Shown: in pieces, positions 39,666-50,068 of the stretch | Numbering within the stretch: position 1 is the stretch's first letter | How the letters are laid out: each line of letters begins with the position of its first letter | NCBI GenBank assembly: GCA_050943595.1 | Contig: JBMNPM010000007.1 | Coordinates: forward strand, 6,288 to 70,287 | Reading direction: 5' to 3' | Length of the DNA stretch: 64,000 nucleotides | Source of the DNA: Thermoleophilia bacterium | GTDB taxonomy: Bacteria > Actinomycetota > Thermoleophilia > RBG-16-64-13 | The notes under the pieces: model-generated | Told to the model about the DNA's origin: nothing | What the model saw: the letters and a program-made list of their open reading frames with translations, nothing else | Database searches by the model: none | Position numbers and translations under genes: made by a program

Positions 39666-40625
39666 TTAGCGGGGATACAAGGGTCCAGCAGCCGCCGCCT
39701 CACTCAGCGCGCGCAGGTTCCGGCCCAATACCTTAGAGTAGCCGTCCAGATCAAGTGCGGCCAACCTGGTCCGTAGCGCCTCCGGCAACTCGTCGGCGGG
39801 CAGGTCTTGGAGAATCACATCGGTCTCGGCGCGATCGAATTCAGCCACCACTTTAGGCAACCGGCTGAAGGTGCGGTTGGCCGGACACAGAGCCTGGCAG
39901 CGCATGCAGCCCACCAGGCTATTGTGAGCACGGATGTCGAGCCACTCGGGCCATTCACCCTCACCTTCGTTGAAGAAAGCCAGGCAACGCGCCCCGTCGA
40001 TCACGGTGCCGTTCTCAGGGATGCAACCGGTCGGACATACGTGACTGCAGTTGCAACACGCCGGGCAGAGACTCAAACGCGGACTGCCCGCGAGTTGATA
40101 ATCCACGGCCCCCAGATCGGCATCGGTGCAGAAAACCTCCAGCCGCGCGAACGTACCCATGCCTCTAACATAGGTATGGTTGTTACGTCCATATCGAGCC
40201 AGGCCGGAATAGACGGCCAACAACTTGGCAGGACCGGTGGCCACCCCCACGGAAAAACCCGCGGGCTCCAGGATGGACCGCAGGACCCCCATGCAGCGCT
40301 CCCGCTCTTGGGTGTGGATGTAGGTGGGCGGGATGACGGCCTCCAACGGACCGCCCTCCAGATGAAAGCGTACCTTCACAGGCTGCGAAGACCACGCCAC
40401 CACTATGAGCGTGCGCACCGTGGAGACCTCAGCCGGGCAGGAGAAGGTAAAACTCTCACGATGCCCACCCTCGCCATACACAGTGTCGCTCAGCAGGCAC
40501 TGCTCACACAGGCCGGTCAATATGGCTTCCAGATCGGCTGTCAGCTCCGGACGGACGAGACGGTGATCGTAGCCGGCTTCGCGCAGGCTCCTGGCGATCT
40601 GGTCTCTGATCACGTCATCAGGCAC
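39666..40625 (-). CDS. QueG/RdhA-family 4Fe-4S protein (epoxyqueuosine reductase-like, cobalamin-dependent family).
   Basis: DUF1730-like motif KLLAVYSGLARYGRNNHTYVRGMGTFARLEVFCTD. Two cluster motifs CxxCxxCxxxCP (CPACCNCSHVCP) and CxxCxxxCP (CMRCQALCP). Confidence 0.5.
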   Translation of the reverse strand: MPDDVIRDQIARSLREAGYDHRLVRPELTADLEAILTGLCEQCLLSDTVYGEGGHRESFTFSCPAEVSTVRTLIVVAWSSQPVKVRFHLEGGPLEAVIPPTYIHTQERERCMGVLRSILEPAGFSVGVATGPAKLLAVYSGLARYGRNNHTYVRGMGTFARLEVFCTDADLGAVDYQLAGSPRLSLCPACCNCSHVCPTGCIPENGTVIDGARCLAFFNEGEGEWPEWLDIRAHNSLVGCMRCQALCPANRTFSRLPKVVAEFDRAETDVILQDLPADELPEALRTRLAALDLDGYSKVLGRNLRALSEAAAAGPLYPR

Positions 40626-40650
40626 AGAGACACCTCCTTACCCGACCAAA

Positions 40651-40812
40651 AGGCTGCTGAAATATGACACTTCGCCCCCGGAACGCGGGTCGGCACGCGC
40701 GAAAAAAGGATAGAGGAAACGCGAATAGCAGCGCTATTCGCGCGACCGATGAGGCACTATCGTGCTACTCAGCGCGTTCTGGGGGCTGGGGTTTCGTTTT
40801 CAGCAGCCTCCT
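40651..40812 (+). mobile_element. MITE-like repeat, copy 2.
   Basis: AGGCTGCTGAAATATGACACTTCGCC...CGCGAATAGCAGCGCTATTCGCGCG...GTTTCGTTTTCAGCAGCCTCC; ~85-90% identical to copies 1 and 3. Confidence 0.65.
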
Positions 40813-41013
40813 AACAGTAGTGATCCCAACATTTTCGCACAGGACCGGGTGGACACCACTGGTGCCTGCGAGAGTGCCTACGAGAACTGTCGTGGCGGCA
40901 TCGACGACGCGACGATGTCTCGTGGAGTCGCGTATTATCGAGAACGCTGCATACACATTCAAGCAGCCCGAACCACCTGTGACGTGAATCGACGAAAGAT
41001 TTAGAGGCCCCAG

Positions 41014-41652
41014 ATGCAACAGTCACCGCCACATCTTATCGGATATCCACTCACCTACAGCGTCGATTATCCAGACCGTCAGCTGGACCGGCTTACTACA
41101 GGACTGCGTTTCCTCTGGATCATCCCTATCGGGGTGATAGCGTCTCTGCTCGCCACCGGAACCATCTTTGGGGAGAACATATACTGGTCATGGCAATGGG
41201 CCTCCAGTGGAGTCGTCTTCCTACCTGCGCTCCTGATGATCCTCTTTCGTCAGAAGTACCCGCGCTGGTGGTTCGATTGGAATCTGCAACTCACCCGCTT
41301 TCTGGCGCGTGTGGGGGCATACGGCCAATTGCTTCGTGATGAGTACCCCTCCACCGACGAAGAGCAGGCCGTCCACCTGGACTTCCCCTATCCGGACGCC
41401 CAGCAACTCAATCGCTGGCTCCCTCTGGTGAAGTGGTTCTTAGCCATCCCTCACTGGGTGATCCTCTATTTTCTCTACATCGCTGTGTTCGTGTGCGTGG
41501 TGATCGCTTGGTTCGCCATCCTCTTCACAGGCAGATACCCGCGTGCGCTCTTCGACTTTGTGGTCGGGGTGAACCGCTGGGCACTACGTGTAGCGGCCTA
41601 CGCCCTACTGTTGGTGACTGACGAATACCCGCCGTTCTCGCTCTCTGAGTGA
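41014..41652 (+). CDS. DUF4389 domain membrane protein.
   Basis: Two TM pairs with a YP(R)W.FD...YP(R)ALFDF internal repeat, typical of DUF4389. Confidence 0.5.
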   Translation: MQQSPPHLIGYPLTYSVDYPDRQLDRLTTGLRFLWIIPIGVIASLLATGTIFGENIYWSWQWASSGVVFLPALLMILFRQKYPRWWFDWNLQLTRFLARVGAYGQLLRDEYPSTDEEQAVHLDFPYPDAQQLNRWLPLVKWFLAIPHWVILYFLYIAVFVCVVIAWFAILFTGRYPRALFDFVVGVNRWALRVAAYALLLVTDEYPPFSLSE

Positions 41653-41755
41653 GTGAAGCTGCGGTTCCCGGTCTGTGGAGGTGGCATGCATGGCCAAGGC
41701 GTCCGCCGGCGTGCGACATGCGAACGGACGCGCAACCGAACACCGTTGATGCCTT

Positions 41756-43402
41756 CTAGCGGAGGCCCCTCACCCGGTCGGCCAAGTCGGTGGCCGCCCG
41801 ATACAGGCCGGACCCGACAGTGATGCTGTCCCCGAACTCCAGGTGCCGGTCGGACTGCGCGTCGTATCGGGGCCAAGAGACGGCGCCCTCGCCGTTCGGG
41901 TCACCCGTAGCGGCAAACCTCGTCCAATAATCCATCATCGCCGCCGACAGGTCGCGGTCGGTCTGTTCGATGGTCCCCATCTTCGCAAACAACTCCGTAT
42001 TCCCGAATACATAGGGAATCTCAACGCCGTGAAAGGCGCCCAGGGGGTTGTTAAAGGGCACGCGACTGAATTGATAGAGAAAGACCCCCGGCGGCTGAGC
42101 GTTCGTCGCCGGTTCCGCAGCGCTCATAGCCCGAGCGGCAAACCGAGCGCTGGAGGCAAAACCCACCTCAGTGAGCATACGGCTGAATGCTCCGCTGATG
42201 TCCTGCGCGCCGTCGACCGGATACATCGTCAGCGCCTCCTGGACATGGGCTCCAAAGACCTTCTTCATCTGTCCTTTGTATGCAGTCGGATCTCCAGTGA
42301 GACCCTGCAGAAAGATGTTGCCCTCGTCCCGATTCGAACCTATTAAAAGGTCGACCTTCTGATAGCGGCCTTCGGCCCACAGGATAGTGGGAAGGTCGGG
42401 AAGCACGTAACCATCGGCCACCGGCTTCCAGTGCAACCCCTGCTCCAGGACATTCGTGGCAGGGAGTACGGCGGTCAGCAATTCCTCGGGAGTCTTGCTC
42501 CGCAACGCGGCGGCGACATCACCCGCACCGGCCACACCCAGACGCCCGGCCAAAGCCTCACCGGCGACTTCCGCCTCCTTGAGAGTGCCGTTGGTAGACA
42601 CACCAAAACCCTGATCGATCAGGATGCCGCTCTGTACAATCGCCCTCTGAAAGAGACCGTCGGCCAACGGGCTCACCAGTAGATCGAGGATGCTGATGGC
42701 GCCCGCCGATTCGCCGAAGACGGTCACCTTTTGCGGATCGCCTCCAAAGGCGGCGATGTTCTTCTGCACCCAGTGCAACGCGGCTATCTGGTCCAACAGG
42801 CCGTAGTTGCCTGAGCCTCCCTGGGCCGGCTCGGCGGACAAGGCCGGGTGCGCCAAAAAGCCCAGCGGTCCCAACCGGTAGTTGATGGTCACCACAACCA
42901 CACCACGGCCGGCCAATGTGGTCGCGTCATAGACCGCCATGGAGCCGGCCCCGGTCTCGAAGCTACCGCCGTGAATCCACACCATCACCGGCAGACGTTC
43001 CGTAGACGCCTTCGCCGGAGACCAGACGTTCAGATACAGACAATCCTCGCTCGTCGGCCCAACGGCGAGGTAGTCCACGCCGGCCTGGTCGGGTTGCGGA
43101 CAGGCCGGACCGAACGCCGTGCAGGCTCGATCATCGGTCCATGGTTCTACGGGCTGCGGAGCCCTCCAACGCAAATCGCCCACCGGAGGAGCGGCATAGG
43201 GAATACCCTTGAAGGACCAGATCTTCCCTTCGTGCACACCCGTAATAGGGCCACTCGCCACCTGGACCCGATCCAGACCCTGCTCATTACCACCGCAACC
43301 GACAACACCGGCCGCAAGCAGAGCAAGAACCAGGACCATCACCATGCCGCCCAACGGCCGCACGCCGGACGCCATCCTGCCGGTCGGCAACCACACTCTC
43401 AT
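41756..43402 (-). CDS. Carboxylesterase type B (exported; lipoprotein-type signal).
   Basis: GIPYAAPPVGDLRW, catalytic serine GESAGA, oxyanion HGGSF. Signal LLAAGVVGCGG. Confidence 0.85.
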   Translation of the reverse strand: MRVWLPTGRMASGVRPLGGMVMVLVLALLAAGVVGCGGNEQGLDRVQVASGPITGVHEGKIWSFKGIPYAAPPVGDLRWRAPQPVEPWTDDRACTAFGPACPQPDQAGVDYLAVGPTSEDCLYLNVWSPAKASTERLPVMVWIHGGSFETGAGSMAVYDATTLAGRGVVVVTINYRLGPLGFLAHPALSAEPAQGGSGNYGLLDQIAALHWVQKNIAAFGGDPQKVTVFGESAGAISILDLLVSPLADGLFQRAIVQSGILIDQGFGVSTNGTLKEAEVAGEALAGRLGVAGAGDVAAALRSKTPEELLTAVLPATNVLEQGLHWKPVADGYVLPDLPTILWAEGRYQKVDLLIGSNRDEGNIFLQGLTGDPTAYKGQMKKVFGAHVQEALTMYPVDGAQDISGAFSRMLTEVGFASSARFAARAMSAAEPATNAQPPGVFLYQFSRVPFNNPLGAFHGVEIPYVFGNTELFAKMGTIEQTDRDLSAAMMDYWTRFAATGDPNGEGAVSWPRYDAQSDRHLEFGDSITVGSGLYRAATDLADRVRGLR

Positions 43403-43529
43403 CGTCCGCCTCCATTAGGCTGTCCGCCTCCACTAGGCTGCTGGAAAATCTTACCCCCCAGCGGACTCCGCAATGGACGGGCTCCGGGCTCCGCGAGCCC
43501 CTCGATCACAGCCCTGCGCATCGGTCCCC

Positions 43530-43991
43530 CTACTGAGGGCGCCCAGCAGCCAATTCCTCTTCGGACGCCGACCGGATGTCGACGACTTCAACGTCGAAGT
43601 GCAGCCTCTTACCGGCAAGAGGGTGGTTGGCGTCGACCACGACGGTGTTCTCTTTCACCTCCACGAGAGTCAGGGGGAAGGTGCCGTCGACAGTCTCTGC
43701 AGCCAACTGCATCCCGGCATTCAAAGGCATATCCGGCGGAAACTTGTCTTTGCCCACCTCAAAGATGGCGTCCTGTTGGGTCTCACCATAGGCTTCGGCC
43801 GCTTCGACGACGATCTTAGACCGAAATCCCACGCCAACACCCTCAAGCGCCTTTTCCAGGCCGGGGACGATGTTTTCGTATCCATGCAGATAGACTAACG
43901 GAGTTCCGTTCTCACTCGAATCGATAGTATTTCCATCATCGTCGGTGAGCGTGTAGGTGAAGCTCACGACGGCGCCTCGGGTCGCTTGCAT
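43530..43991 (-). CDS. slyD: FKBP-type peptidyl-prolyl cis-trans isomerase SlyD-like.
   Basis: VVSFTYTLTDDDGNTIDSS...LVYLHGYENIVPGLEKALEG with an IF-domain insertion. Start at MQATRG preferred. Confidence 0.75.
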   Translation of the reverse strand: MQATRGAVVSFTYTLTDDDGNTIDSSENGTPLVYLHGYENIVPGLEKALEGVGVGFRSKIVVEAAEAYGETQQDAIFEVGKDKFPPDMPLNAGMQLAAETVDGTFPLTLVEVKENTVVVDANHPLAGKRLHFDVEVVDIRSASEEELAAGRPQ

Positions 43992-44234
43992 TGCGAAGTC
44001 CCTTCTCATAGGTGTTCAGCCAAGAGAGATTACTACATCGACGGACGCATCGTGGCCGGCAGGCCCATCCGCCGACGCCTCCGGCCCTCTGAATGGAGGC
44101 TCCGTCTAGATATACTGTATTTATCTCCCTGCGCCTCCAGCGACATCGCTCTGCCCCATCGACGCCGCGGGCTCATCCACCGGATGCCAAACGCACGGAG
44201 ATGGAGCACACAAACTAGGCGGGAGAGCGCAACA

Positions 44235-45503
44235 ATGAGCAAGGTCAGTGAGGGCGCCAATTACAAGTGGGTCATTCTGGCGGCCACAGTGTTGGTGGTC
44301 TTCGCAGCCCTGGGTCTCTCGCAGTTCAGCTATCCGGCCATCCTCCCGGCCATGCAGAAAGGCCTCCATATCAACAACACCCTGGCCGGTATCCTAGCCA
44401 CAGCCAATCTGGTGGGCTACTTAGGTATGGCCACCGTCGCAGGAGCAGTGGCCACCCGCCTGGGACCACGTCGCGTCATTACCGCCGGTCTACTGCTGGC
44501 CGCGGCCGGCATGGTAATCACAGGGGTCGCCAACGGCTTCGGGATGGCGGCAGCCGGGCGCTTTCTCACCGGCATCGGCAGCGCCACAGCCAGCGTTCCG
44601 GCCCACCTGGTCCCCTCCTTCTGGTTCCCACCCCAGCGGCGCGGAGTGGCCACGGGAGCGCTTCCACTTGGTGCCTCTATGGGCCTCGTCCTGTCCGGCC
44701 CTCTGGTGCCGCGACTCGTCAACGGCTATGGGGAGTCGGGGTGGCGAATCACGTGGTTCGTTCTGGCAGCCGTCACATTCGTTATAGCCCTCTTGGCCTT
44801 TGCAGTCATCCGTTCCCACGGGAGCCCGGACACAGAACAGTGTGCCCCTGACCACGCCGCCCCTGACCACGCCGAATCACGGGGGAGTCTGCGACACATC
44901 TACCTCTCACCGATCATCTGGCACCTGAACGCCATCTACTTCGCCTTCGGCTTTGCCTACATGACCTATATGACCTTCTTCACCAAGCGCCTTATCGCCG
45001 ATATCGGCTATACGGACGCAGGAGCGGGCCGACTCTTCATGGTCATGGGTCTTGTCAGCATCGTCTGCGGGACGCTCTGGGGTTTGGTCTCCGACCGTGT
45101 GGGCCGCAAGTGGGCGCTCACCATAGTCCTGGGACTACAGATGGTCAGCTACCTCATCTTCGCCCTGTGGGGAGAACCCACCGGCCTCACTTTGTCGGCG
45201 TGCATCTTCGCCCTAACAGCCTGGGCGGTCCCTGCCATCATGGCCACCGTCTGCGGGGACCTCGTCGGACCGCTGTTGGCCCCCGCCGCCTTCGGCTTCC
45301 TCACTGCCTGGCAGGGTTTGGGACAGGCGACAGGGCCCTACGTCGGCGGCGCCCTGGGGGATAGTCTCCCCACCTTCAAGACGACCTACCTAGTGATAGC
45401 CGCCATGGCCTTCCTTGGCATGATCGGGACTACGCTTCTGCGAAAAAAACCGGCAGAGGCCGAGACCACTCGTCCGACCACCGGCGCCGGAACCCGGTAT
45501 TAG
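44235..45503 (+). CDS. MFS transporter (12 TM).
   Basis: Start at MSKVSEG (44235). 12 predicted TM segments with the MFS loop motif (GRRVITAGLLL, DRVGRKWAL). Confidence 0.7.
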   Translation: MSKVSEGANYKWVILAATVLVVFAALGLSQFSYPAILPAMQKGLHINNTLAGILATANLVGYLGMATVAGAVATRLGPRRVITAGLLLAAAGMVITGVANGFGMAAAGRFLTGIGSATASVPAHLVPSFWFPPQRRGVATGALPLGASMGLVLSGPLVPRLVNGYGESGWRITWFVLAAVTFVIALLAFAVIRSHGSPDTEQCAPDHAAPDHAESRGSLRHIYLSPIIWHLNAIYFAFGFAYMTYMTFFTKRLIADIGYTDAGAGRLFMVMGLVSIVCGTLWGLVSDRVGRKWALTIVLGLQMVSYLIFALWGEPTGLTLSACIFALTAWAVPAIMATVCGDLVGPLLAPAAFGFLTAWQGLGQATGPYVGGALGDSLPTFKTTYLVIAAMAFLGMIGTTLLRKKPAEAETTRPTTGAGTRY

Positions 45504-45599
45504 TACCGAGTTTTATCCCCATTCGGCACACCATCAGGGAGCGTGCGATAATAGCTGACACTGTCACTCACTCTGAAGTGCTCATATGGAGGGTGTTTG

Positions 45600-45896
45600 A
45601 TGCCTAGTTGGATCGGACCGTGGGAAATCGCGATAGTGGTCGTTCTGGCCCTACTCATCTTCGGACCCAAGAAACTACCGGAACTCGGCTCCTCGCTGGG
45701 CCGTTCCATAACCGGCTTCAAGAAAGGCCTGAAGGAGACCAAGGAAGATGTCCAGGCGGCCATCAAGGAAGATGTGACCGTCGAGAGTGGCGCTGAGGCC
45801 AAGGCTCAGACCGCAACCCAGACCACGGCAGAAGCAACGACGACCGCTACAACGGCGGCCACCGAAGCCACACAATCTGAGAAGCCTCAAGCCTGA
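45600..45896 (+). CDS. tatA: Twin-arginine translocase subunit TatA/E.
   Basis: IGPWEIAIVVVLALLIFGPKKLPELGSSLGRSITGFKKG. Confidence 0.9.
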   Translation: MPSWIGPWEIAIVVVLALLIFGPKKLPELGSSLGRSITGFKKGLKETKEDVQAAIKEDVTVESGAEAKAQTATQTTAEATTTATTAATEATQSEKPQA

Positions 45897-45924
45897 CGAG
45901 GGTCTGACGAGCCTTATTTCACAA

Positions 45925-46025
45925 TAGGACTCCGGCCGGAGTCCTATTGTGCTCTCGCGCAGGTGACACCGGCCCTGCCCGCCGGAAGTATTACCGGGCC
46001 GGGCCCGGCCCGGTAATACTTCTCA
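45925..46025. terminator. Two back-to-back perfect hairpins between convergent tatA and serC (bidirectional terminator region).
   Basis: CACAATAGGACTCCGG/CCGGAGTCCTATTGTG and GAAGTATTACCGGGCC/GGCCCGGTAATACTTC inverted repeats. Confidence 0.5.
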
Positions 46026-46078
46026 CCTTCCGCTTCCGTCGGACCCGTTTCGGTCGCGCATTATTTATTTCATGCCGG

Positions 46079-47227
46079 TCAGCAGCCCTTGACCTCTGCG
46101 TAGGCCCAGTCGATCCAAGGGAACACGGCCTCCAGATCACTCTTCTCTACAGTAGCTCCGCCCCACAAACGCAGCCCCGGAGGTGCCTCCCGATAGGGGG
46201 CTATGTCGTGCCCAACTCCCTCGTTCGAAAGGAGACCAGTGACCTGCTTGGCCGCCGCAGCCCGCTCTTCGGCCCCCAGTGACGTGAACCAAGGATCGAC
46301 GATCTTTAGGCATATGGAGGTGCAGGAGCGAGTGCGTGGGTCTCTGGCCAGGAAGTCTACCCACTCCGTACGCGCCACCCATTCGGCCACAGCAGCCAGG
46401 TTGGCTTCGCTACGACGTATCAACCCGGGCAGCCCCCCTATGCGCTCTGCCCATCTGAGCCCGTCGAGAGCATCCTCTACACAGAGCATAGACGGGGTGT
46501 TGATGGTGTCCGCCGCAAAGACCGACTCCATAAACGCACCGCCCTTGGTCAATCGGAAGATCTTGGGTAGCGGCCACGGCGGCCGGTAGGTCTCCAGCCG
46601 CTCCACCGCGCGCGGACTGAGGATGAGTACACCGTGCTGGGCTTCTCCACCCAGTACCTTCTGCCAGGAATACGTCACGACATCCAATTTACCTATGGGG
46701 ACATCCATGGCAAACACCGCCGAGGTGGCATCGCAGATGGCCAGCCCTTCACGATCATCCGCTATCCAAGAAGCATCGGGGACGCGCACCCCCGACGTGG
46801 TGCCGTTCCACGTGAACACAACGTCTCTCGTCCAATCGACGGAGGTCAGATCGACGATCTCTCCGTAGTCAGCCGTGAGCACACGTACGTCGGGAAGCTG
46901 GAGTTGCTTGGTTATGTCGGTCACCCACCCATGCCCGAAGCTCTCCCAGGCCAATGCATCCACGCCTCGCGCACCAAGGAGCGACCACATGGCCATCTCC
47001 ATTGCTCCAGTATCGGAGGCAGGGACGACGCCCAGATAGTAATCGGCAGGCACCCCGAGAAGCGCGCGGGAACGGTCGATGACTTCCTGAATGCGCGCAC
47101 GTCCTTCCTTGGAACGATGCGATCTACCCACCAGCGCATCGGCCAAGACGGATGGACTCCAACCAGGGCGTTTGGCACACGGACCGGACGAGAAACAGGG
47201 GTTCTGCGGACGGATAGTGGGTCTCAT
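46079..47227 (-). CDS. serC: Phosphoserine aminotransferase SerC (class V aminotransferase).
   Basis: NFSSGPC-like start ([13 protein letters not shown]) and PLP-lysine region ([12 protein letters not shown]). Confidence 0.8.
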   Translation of the reverse strand: MRPTIRPQNPCFSSGPCAKRPGWSPSVLADALVGRSHRSKEGRARIQEVIDRSRALLGVPADYYLGVVPASDTGAMEMAMWSLLGARGVDALAWESFGHGWVTDITKQLQLPDVRVLTADYGEIVDLTSVDWTRDVVFTWNGTTSGVRVPDASWIADDREGLAICDATSAVFAMDVPIGKLDVVTYSWQKVLGGEAQHGVLILSPRAVERLETYRPPWPLPKIFRLTKGGAFMESVFAADTINTPSMLCVEDALDGLRWAERIGGLPGLIRRSEANLAAVAEWVARTEWVDFLARDPRTRSCTSICLKIVDPWFTSLGAEERAAAAKQVTGLLSNEGVGHDIAPYREAPPGLRLWGGATVEKSDLEAVFPWIDWAYAEVKGC

Positions 47228-47415
47228 CGCGTGGCTACCTCGAGTCGGCTGTAAGTGTGAATCGAGGCAGTTTATACGGCGTGTCGGACGGCGTCAAACC
47301 GGACCACGCCCGACCGTCATTTTGGCCAACGATCGATTCCCGTGCGTCCACCATGACGCGAGACGAGTGCTCTGCTAGAATACTGGCTCGGCGTGGCGGC
47401 GGGTGGCCGTCCTTC

Positions 47416-47509
47416 GGAGAAGTGGCCGAGAGGCTGAAGGCGCTCGCCTGCTAAGCGAGTGAAGGAGTGAATGCTCCTTCCGAGGGTTCGAATCCCTCCT
47501 TCTCCGCCA
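47416..47509 (+). tRNA. tRNA-Ser (anticodon GCU), CCA encoded.
   Basis: GGAGAAG acceptor stem pairs with CTTCTCC; anticodon loop CUGCUAA; long variable arm; TTCGAAT T-loop. Confidence 0.85.
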
Positions 47510-47513
47510 CTAG

Positions 47514-47587
47514 GCGCCTGTAGCTCAGCTGGATAGAGCGTTGGTCTACGAAACCAAAGGTCATGGGTTCGAATCCCGTCAGGCGCG
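47514..47587 (+). tRNA. tRNA-Arg (anticodon ACG).
   Basis: GCGCCTG acceptor pairs with CAGGCGC; anticodon loop CUACGAA; GTTCGAAT T-loop. Confidence 0.85.
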
Positions 47588-47827
47588 TAAGAGAAAGCCC
47601 CGCATAAGGTGGGGTTTTCCTTTTCTTGCACCCCAGTGCGACCGCTCTACTTCTCGGAAGCGTTCCAAGCTCGTGCTTGGTAGATACCTCGCCGACTCAC
47701 CCTATAAAAGGCCACGCGGCGGCAGCGCGCTGCGTGTTGCCCCGCTATACTCATCTATACATTCCGTCCCGGCATGCAGATCGGACGGTGTGGCAGACAG
47801 GGCCGAACTCCTACAGAAGGATTCACC

Positions 47828-49930
47828 ATGGCTGAAGGTACCCAGGTATACAAGAGCACCTGCCGCATGTGCCACGGAGGCTGCGGGGTGCTTGTCCACG
47901 TCGAGGATGGGAAGGTAGTCAGGATTCAAGGCGATCGTGACGCCCCTCTCAACAAAGGCAGACTGTGCACTAAGGGAGTAGCAAGCCTTGAGCACCTCTA
48001 CAATCCTAACCGCCTTAAATACCCACTCAAGCGCGTCGGCAGGAGAGGTGAGGGCAAGTGGGAACGGGTCTCATGGGACGAAGCCCTTGATGCCATCACA
48101 GACAGAATCGACGACATCCGTAAAGCCTATGGCCCTGAATCGATCGCTATAGGCCAGGGAACGCAGAGGCACCACTTCTCTCACGTGGTGAACTTCGCCA
48201 ACGCTCTTGGTACTCCCAACTGGTGCGAACCGGGCGCCGCACAGTGCTTCGTCCCCAGGCTGCTCTCCTGTCTGCAGGCCTACGGTGATCTGCCCGTGAA
48301 CGACTACTACGGCGACGTGCACCCCGCCTGCATGATGGTGTGGGGTCATAACCCCATGGCGTCGAATCCCGATGGTGAACTCCGATTCGGGTTACGTGAC
48401 AGCCTCGCCAAAGGAACGAAACTCATCGTGATCGACCCTCGGGAGACCAGATTGGCCTCCCGAGCGGATATGTGGCTTCGCATCAGGCCGGGCACAGATG
48501 ACGCCCTCGCCCTGAGCATGCTGAACATCATCATTAAAGAGGGACTATACGACAGGGAGTTCGTCGAGCGATGGACCATCGGCTTCGATGCCTTGGCCGA
48601 GCGGGTTCGCGAATACCCGGTTGAGTGGGCGGAGACGATTACCTGGATACCCGCCGAACAAATACGAGCTGCCGCCCGGATGTACGCGCAGACCAAACCG
48701 GCCGGACTCGAGTGGGGGGTGGCCCTCGAACACACACCCAACTCCATGCAGACGGTCCGTGCCGTGTCCGTCCTTCCGGCCATCACCGGCAACATTGACG
48801 TCCCCGGAGGATGGATGCTGGGGATGCATCTCTTTCGAGACACCCCGGCCGACATCCCTCTGCCCAAGGAAGTCCTTGCCAGACGGCTGGGCGCCGATAC
48901 ATTCAGGGTCATGTGCGGAAGCGATGCCATGTTCCCCTGTGCCCACGTCCCTACGTTGTTCAAGGCCATGCGCACAGGCGAGCCCTATCCCATAAAGGCC
49001 TTCCTGGTCTTCGGCAACAACTCCCTGGTGACGTACGCCAACAGCAGGGAGGTGTATGAATCACTGCTCCAAGTGGACTTCTTCACCGTGATGGACATCT
49101 ATATGACCCCGACGGCAGAATTGGCGGACATCGTCCTGCCCGCCGCCACCTGGCTCGAGATCGACCAGGTCATCGGATACCCGTTCGTGGCCAACAATGT
49201 CGCCCAAGTGCAGCGAAAGTTCATGCAGATGTGGGAGTGTAGGCAAGACGAGGAGGTGCTCATCGATTTGGCCAGAAGGCTCCACCTGCAATCGGGCACC
49301 GAGCCACTGGAGGACTACCTCAACGGCGAACTGGAGCCGCTGAAGATGAGCTTCGAGGACCTCAAAAAAGTCGGATATGTCTCTGTCCCCATCGAGTACA
49401 GAAAGTACGAGAAGCACGGCTTTCGTACTCCCTCGGGGAAGGTCGAGTTATATTCCGGCTTCTTAGAGAGCCATGGCTACGACCCCCTCCCCTACTATGC
49501 TGAACCCCCGGAGAGTCCGCTCAGCACCCCGGAGTTGGCCAAGGAATATCCCCTCGTGCTCAGCACCGGGGGCAGGATCCCACAGTACTTCAACTCCGAA
49601 CATCGCAATAATCCCCGTCTGCGCAGGCAACATCCCGATCCCCTCGTGGAGATCAACACAGCCACCGCTGCCGAACTCGGCATCAAAGAGGGCGACTGGG
49701 TGTGGATCGAGACACCACGCGGTCGGATACAACAGAAGGCGAAGCTCACACAGATCCATCCCAGGGTGGTGTGTGTCGAGTTCGCCTGGTGGTTCCCCGA
49801 AGAAAAAGGGCCGGAATACGGCGTATGGAAGTCCAACGCCAACATGCTCACGAGCAATGCACCTCCCTACGATCCGGCGCTGGGAACCTATCAGTTGCGG
49901 GCCTTGCTGTGTAAGGTCTACAAGACTTGA
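47828..49930 (+). CDS. Cytoplasmic molybdopterin (bis-MGD) oxidoreductase, DMSO-reductase superfamily (acetylene hydratase / formate dehydrogenase-like clade; substrate unknown).
   Basis: N-terminal 4Fe-4S motif CRMCHGGCGV...C, MopB domain, C-terminal molybdopterin-binding beta-barrel. No TAT signal and no in-frame TGA. Confidence 0.8.
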   Translation: MAEGTQVYKSTCRMCHGGCGVLVHVEDGKVVRIQGDRDAPLNKGRLCTKGVASLEHLYNPNRLKYPLKRVGRRGEGKWERVSWDEALDAITDRIDDIRKAYGPESIAIGQGTQRHHFSHVVNFANALGTPNWCEPGAAQCFVPRLLSCLQAYGDLPVNDYYGDVHPACMMVWGHNPMASNPDGELRFGLRDSLAKGTKLIVIDPRETRLASRADMWLRIRPGTDDALALSMLNIIIKEGLYDREFVERWTIGFDALAERVREYPVEWAETITWIPAEQIRAAARMYAQTKPAGLEWGVALEHTPNSMQTVRAVSVLPAITGNIDVPGGWMLGMHLFRDTPADIPLPKEVLARRLGADTFRVMCGSDAMFPCAHVPTLFKAMRTGEPYPIKAFLVFGNNSLVTYANSREVYESLLQVDFFTVMDIYMTPTAELADIVLPAATWLEIDQVIGYPFVANNVAQVQRKFMQMWECRQDEEVLIDLARRLHLQSGTEPLEDYLNGELEPLKMSFEDLKKVGYVSVPIEYRKYEKHGFRTPSGKVELYSGFLESHGYDPLPYYAEPPESPLSTPELAKEYPLVLSTGGRIPQYFNSEHRNNPRLRRQHPDPLVEINTATAAELGIKEGDWVWIETPRGRIQQKAKLTQIHPRVVCVEFAWWFPEEKGPEYGVWKSNANMLTSNAPPYDPALGTYQLRALLCKVYKT

Positions 49931-50068
49931 TGAGTCGGAGAGCAAAGATGGCCCTGCCGGTCATCACGCCGCCCTCACGGCCGGCTGCCCACGATACAAT
50001 CACCGCCGGCGCCACTCCATGTCTAGGCGCCGGTTCGTTCAATCGCAGTGACCGTGGAGGGAGCTCGC

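Noticed and set aside
47828-49930. Selenocysteine (in-frame TGA) in the molybdopterin oxidoreductase
   Set aside because: The ORF is uninterrupted from ATG to stop. A Cys (NWCEPG region) occupies the expected ligand position, so no recoding event is needed.
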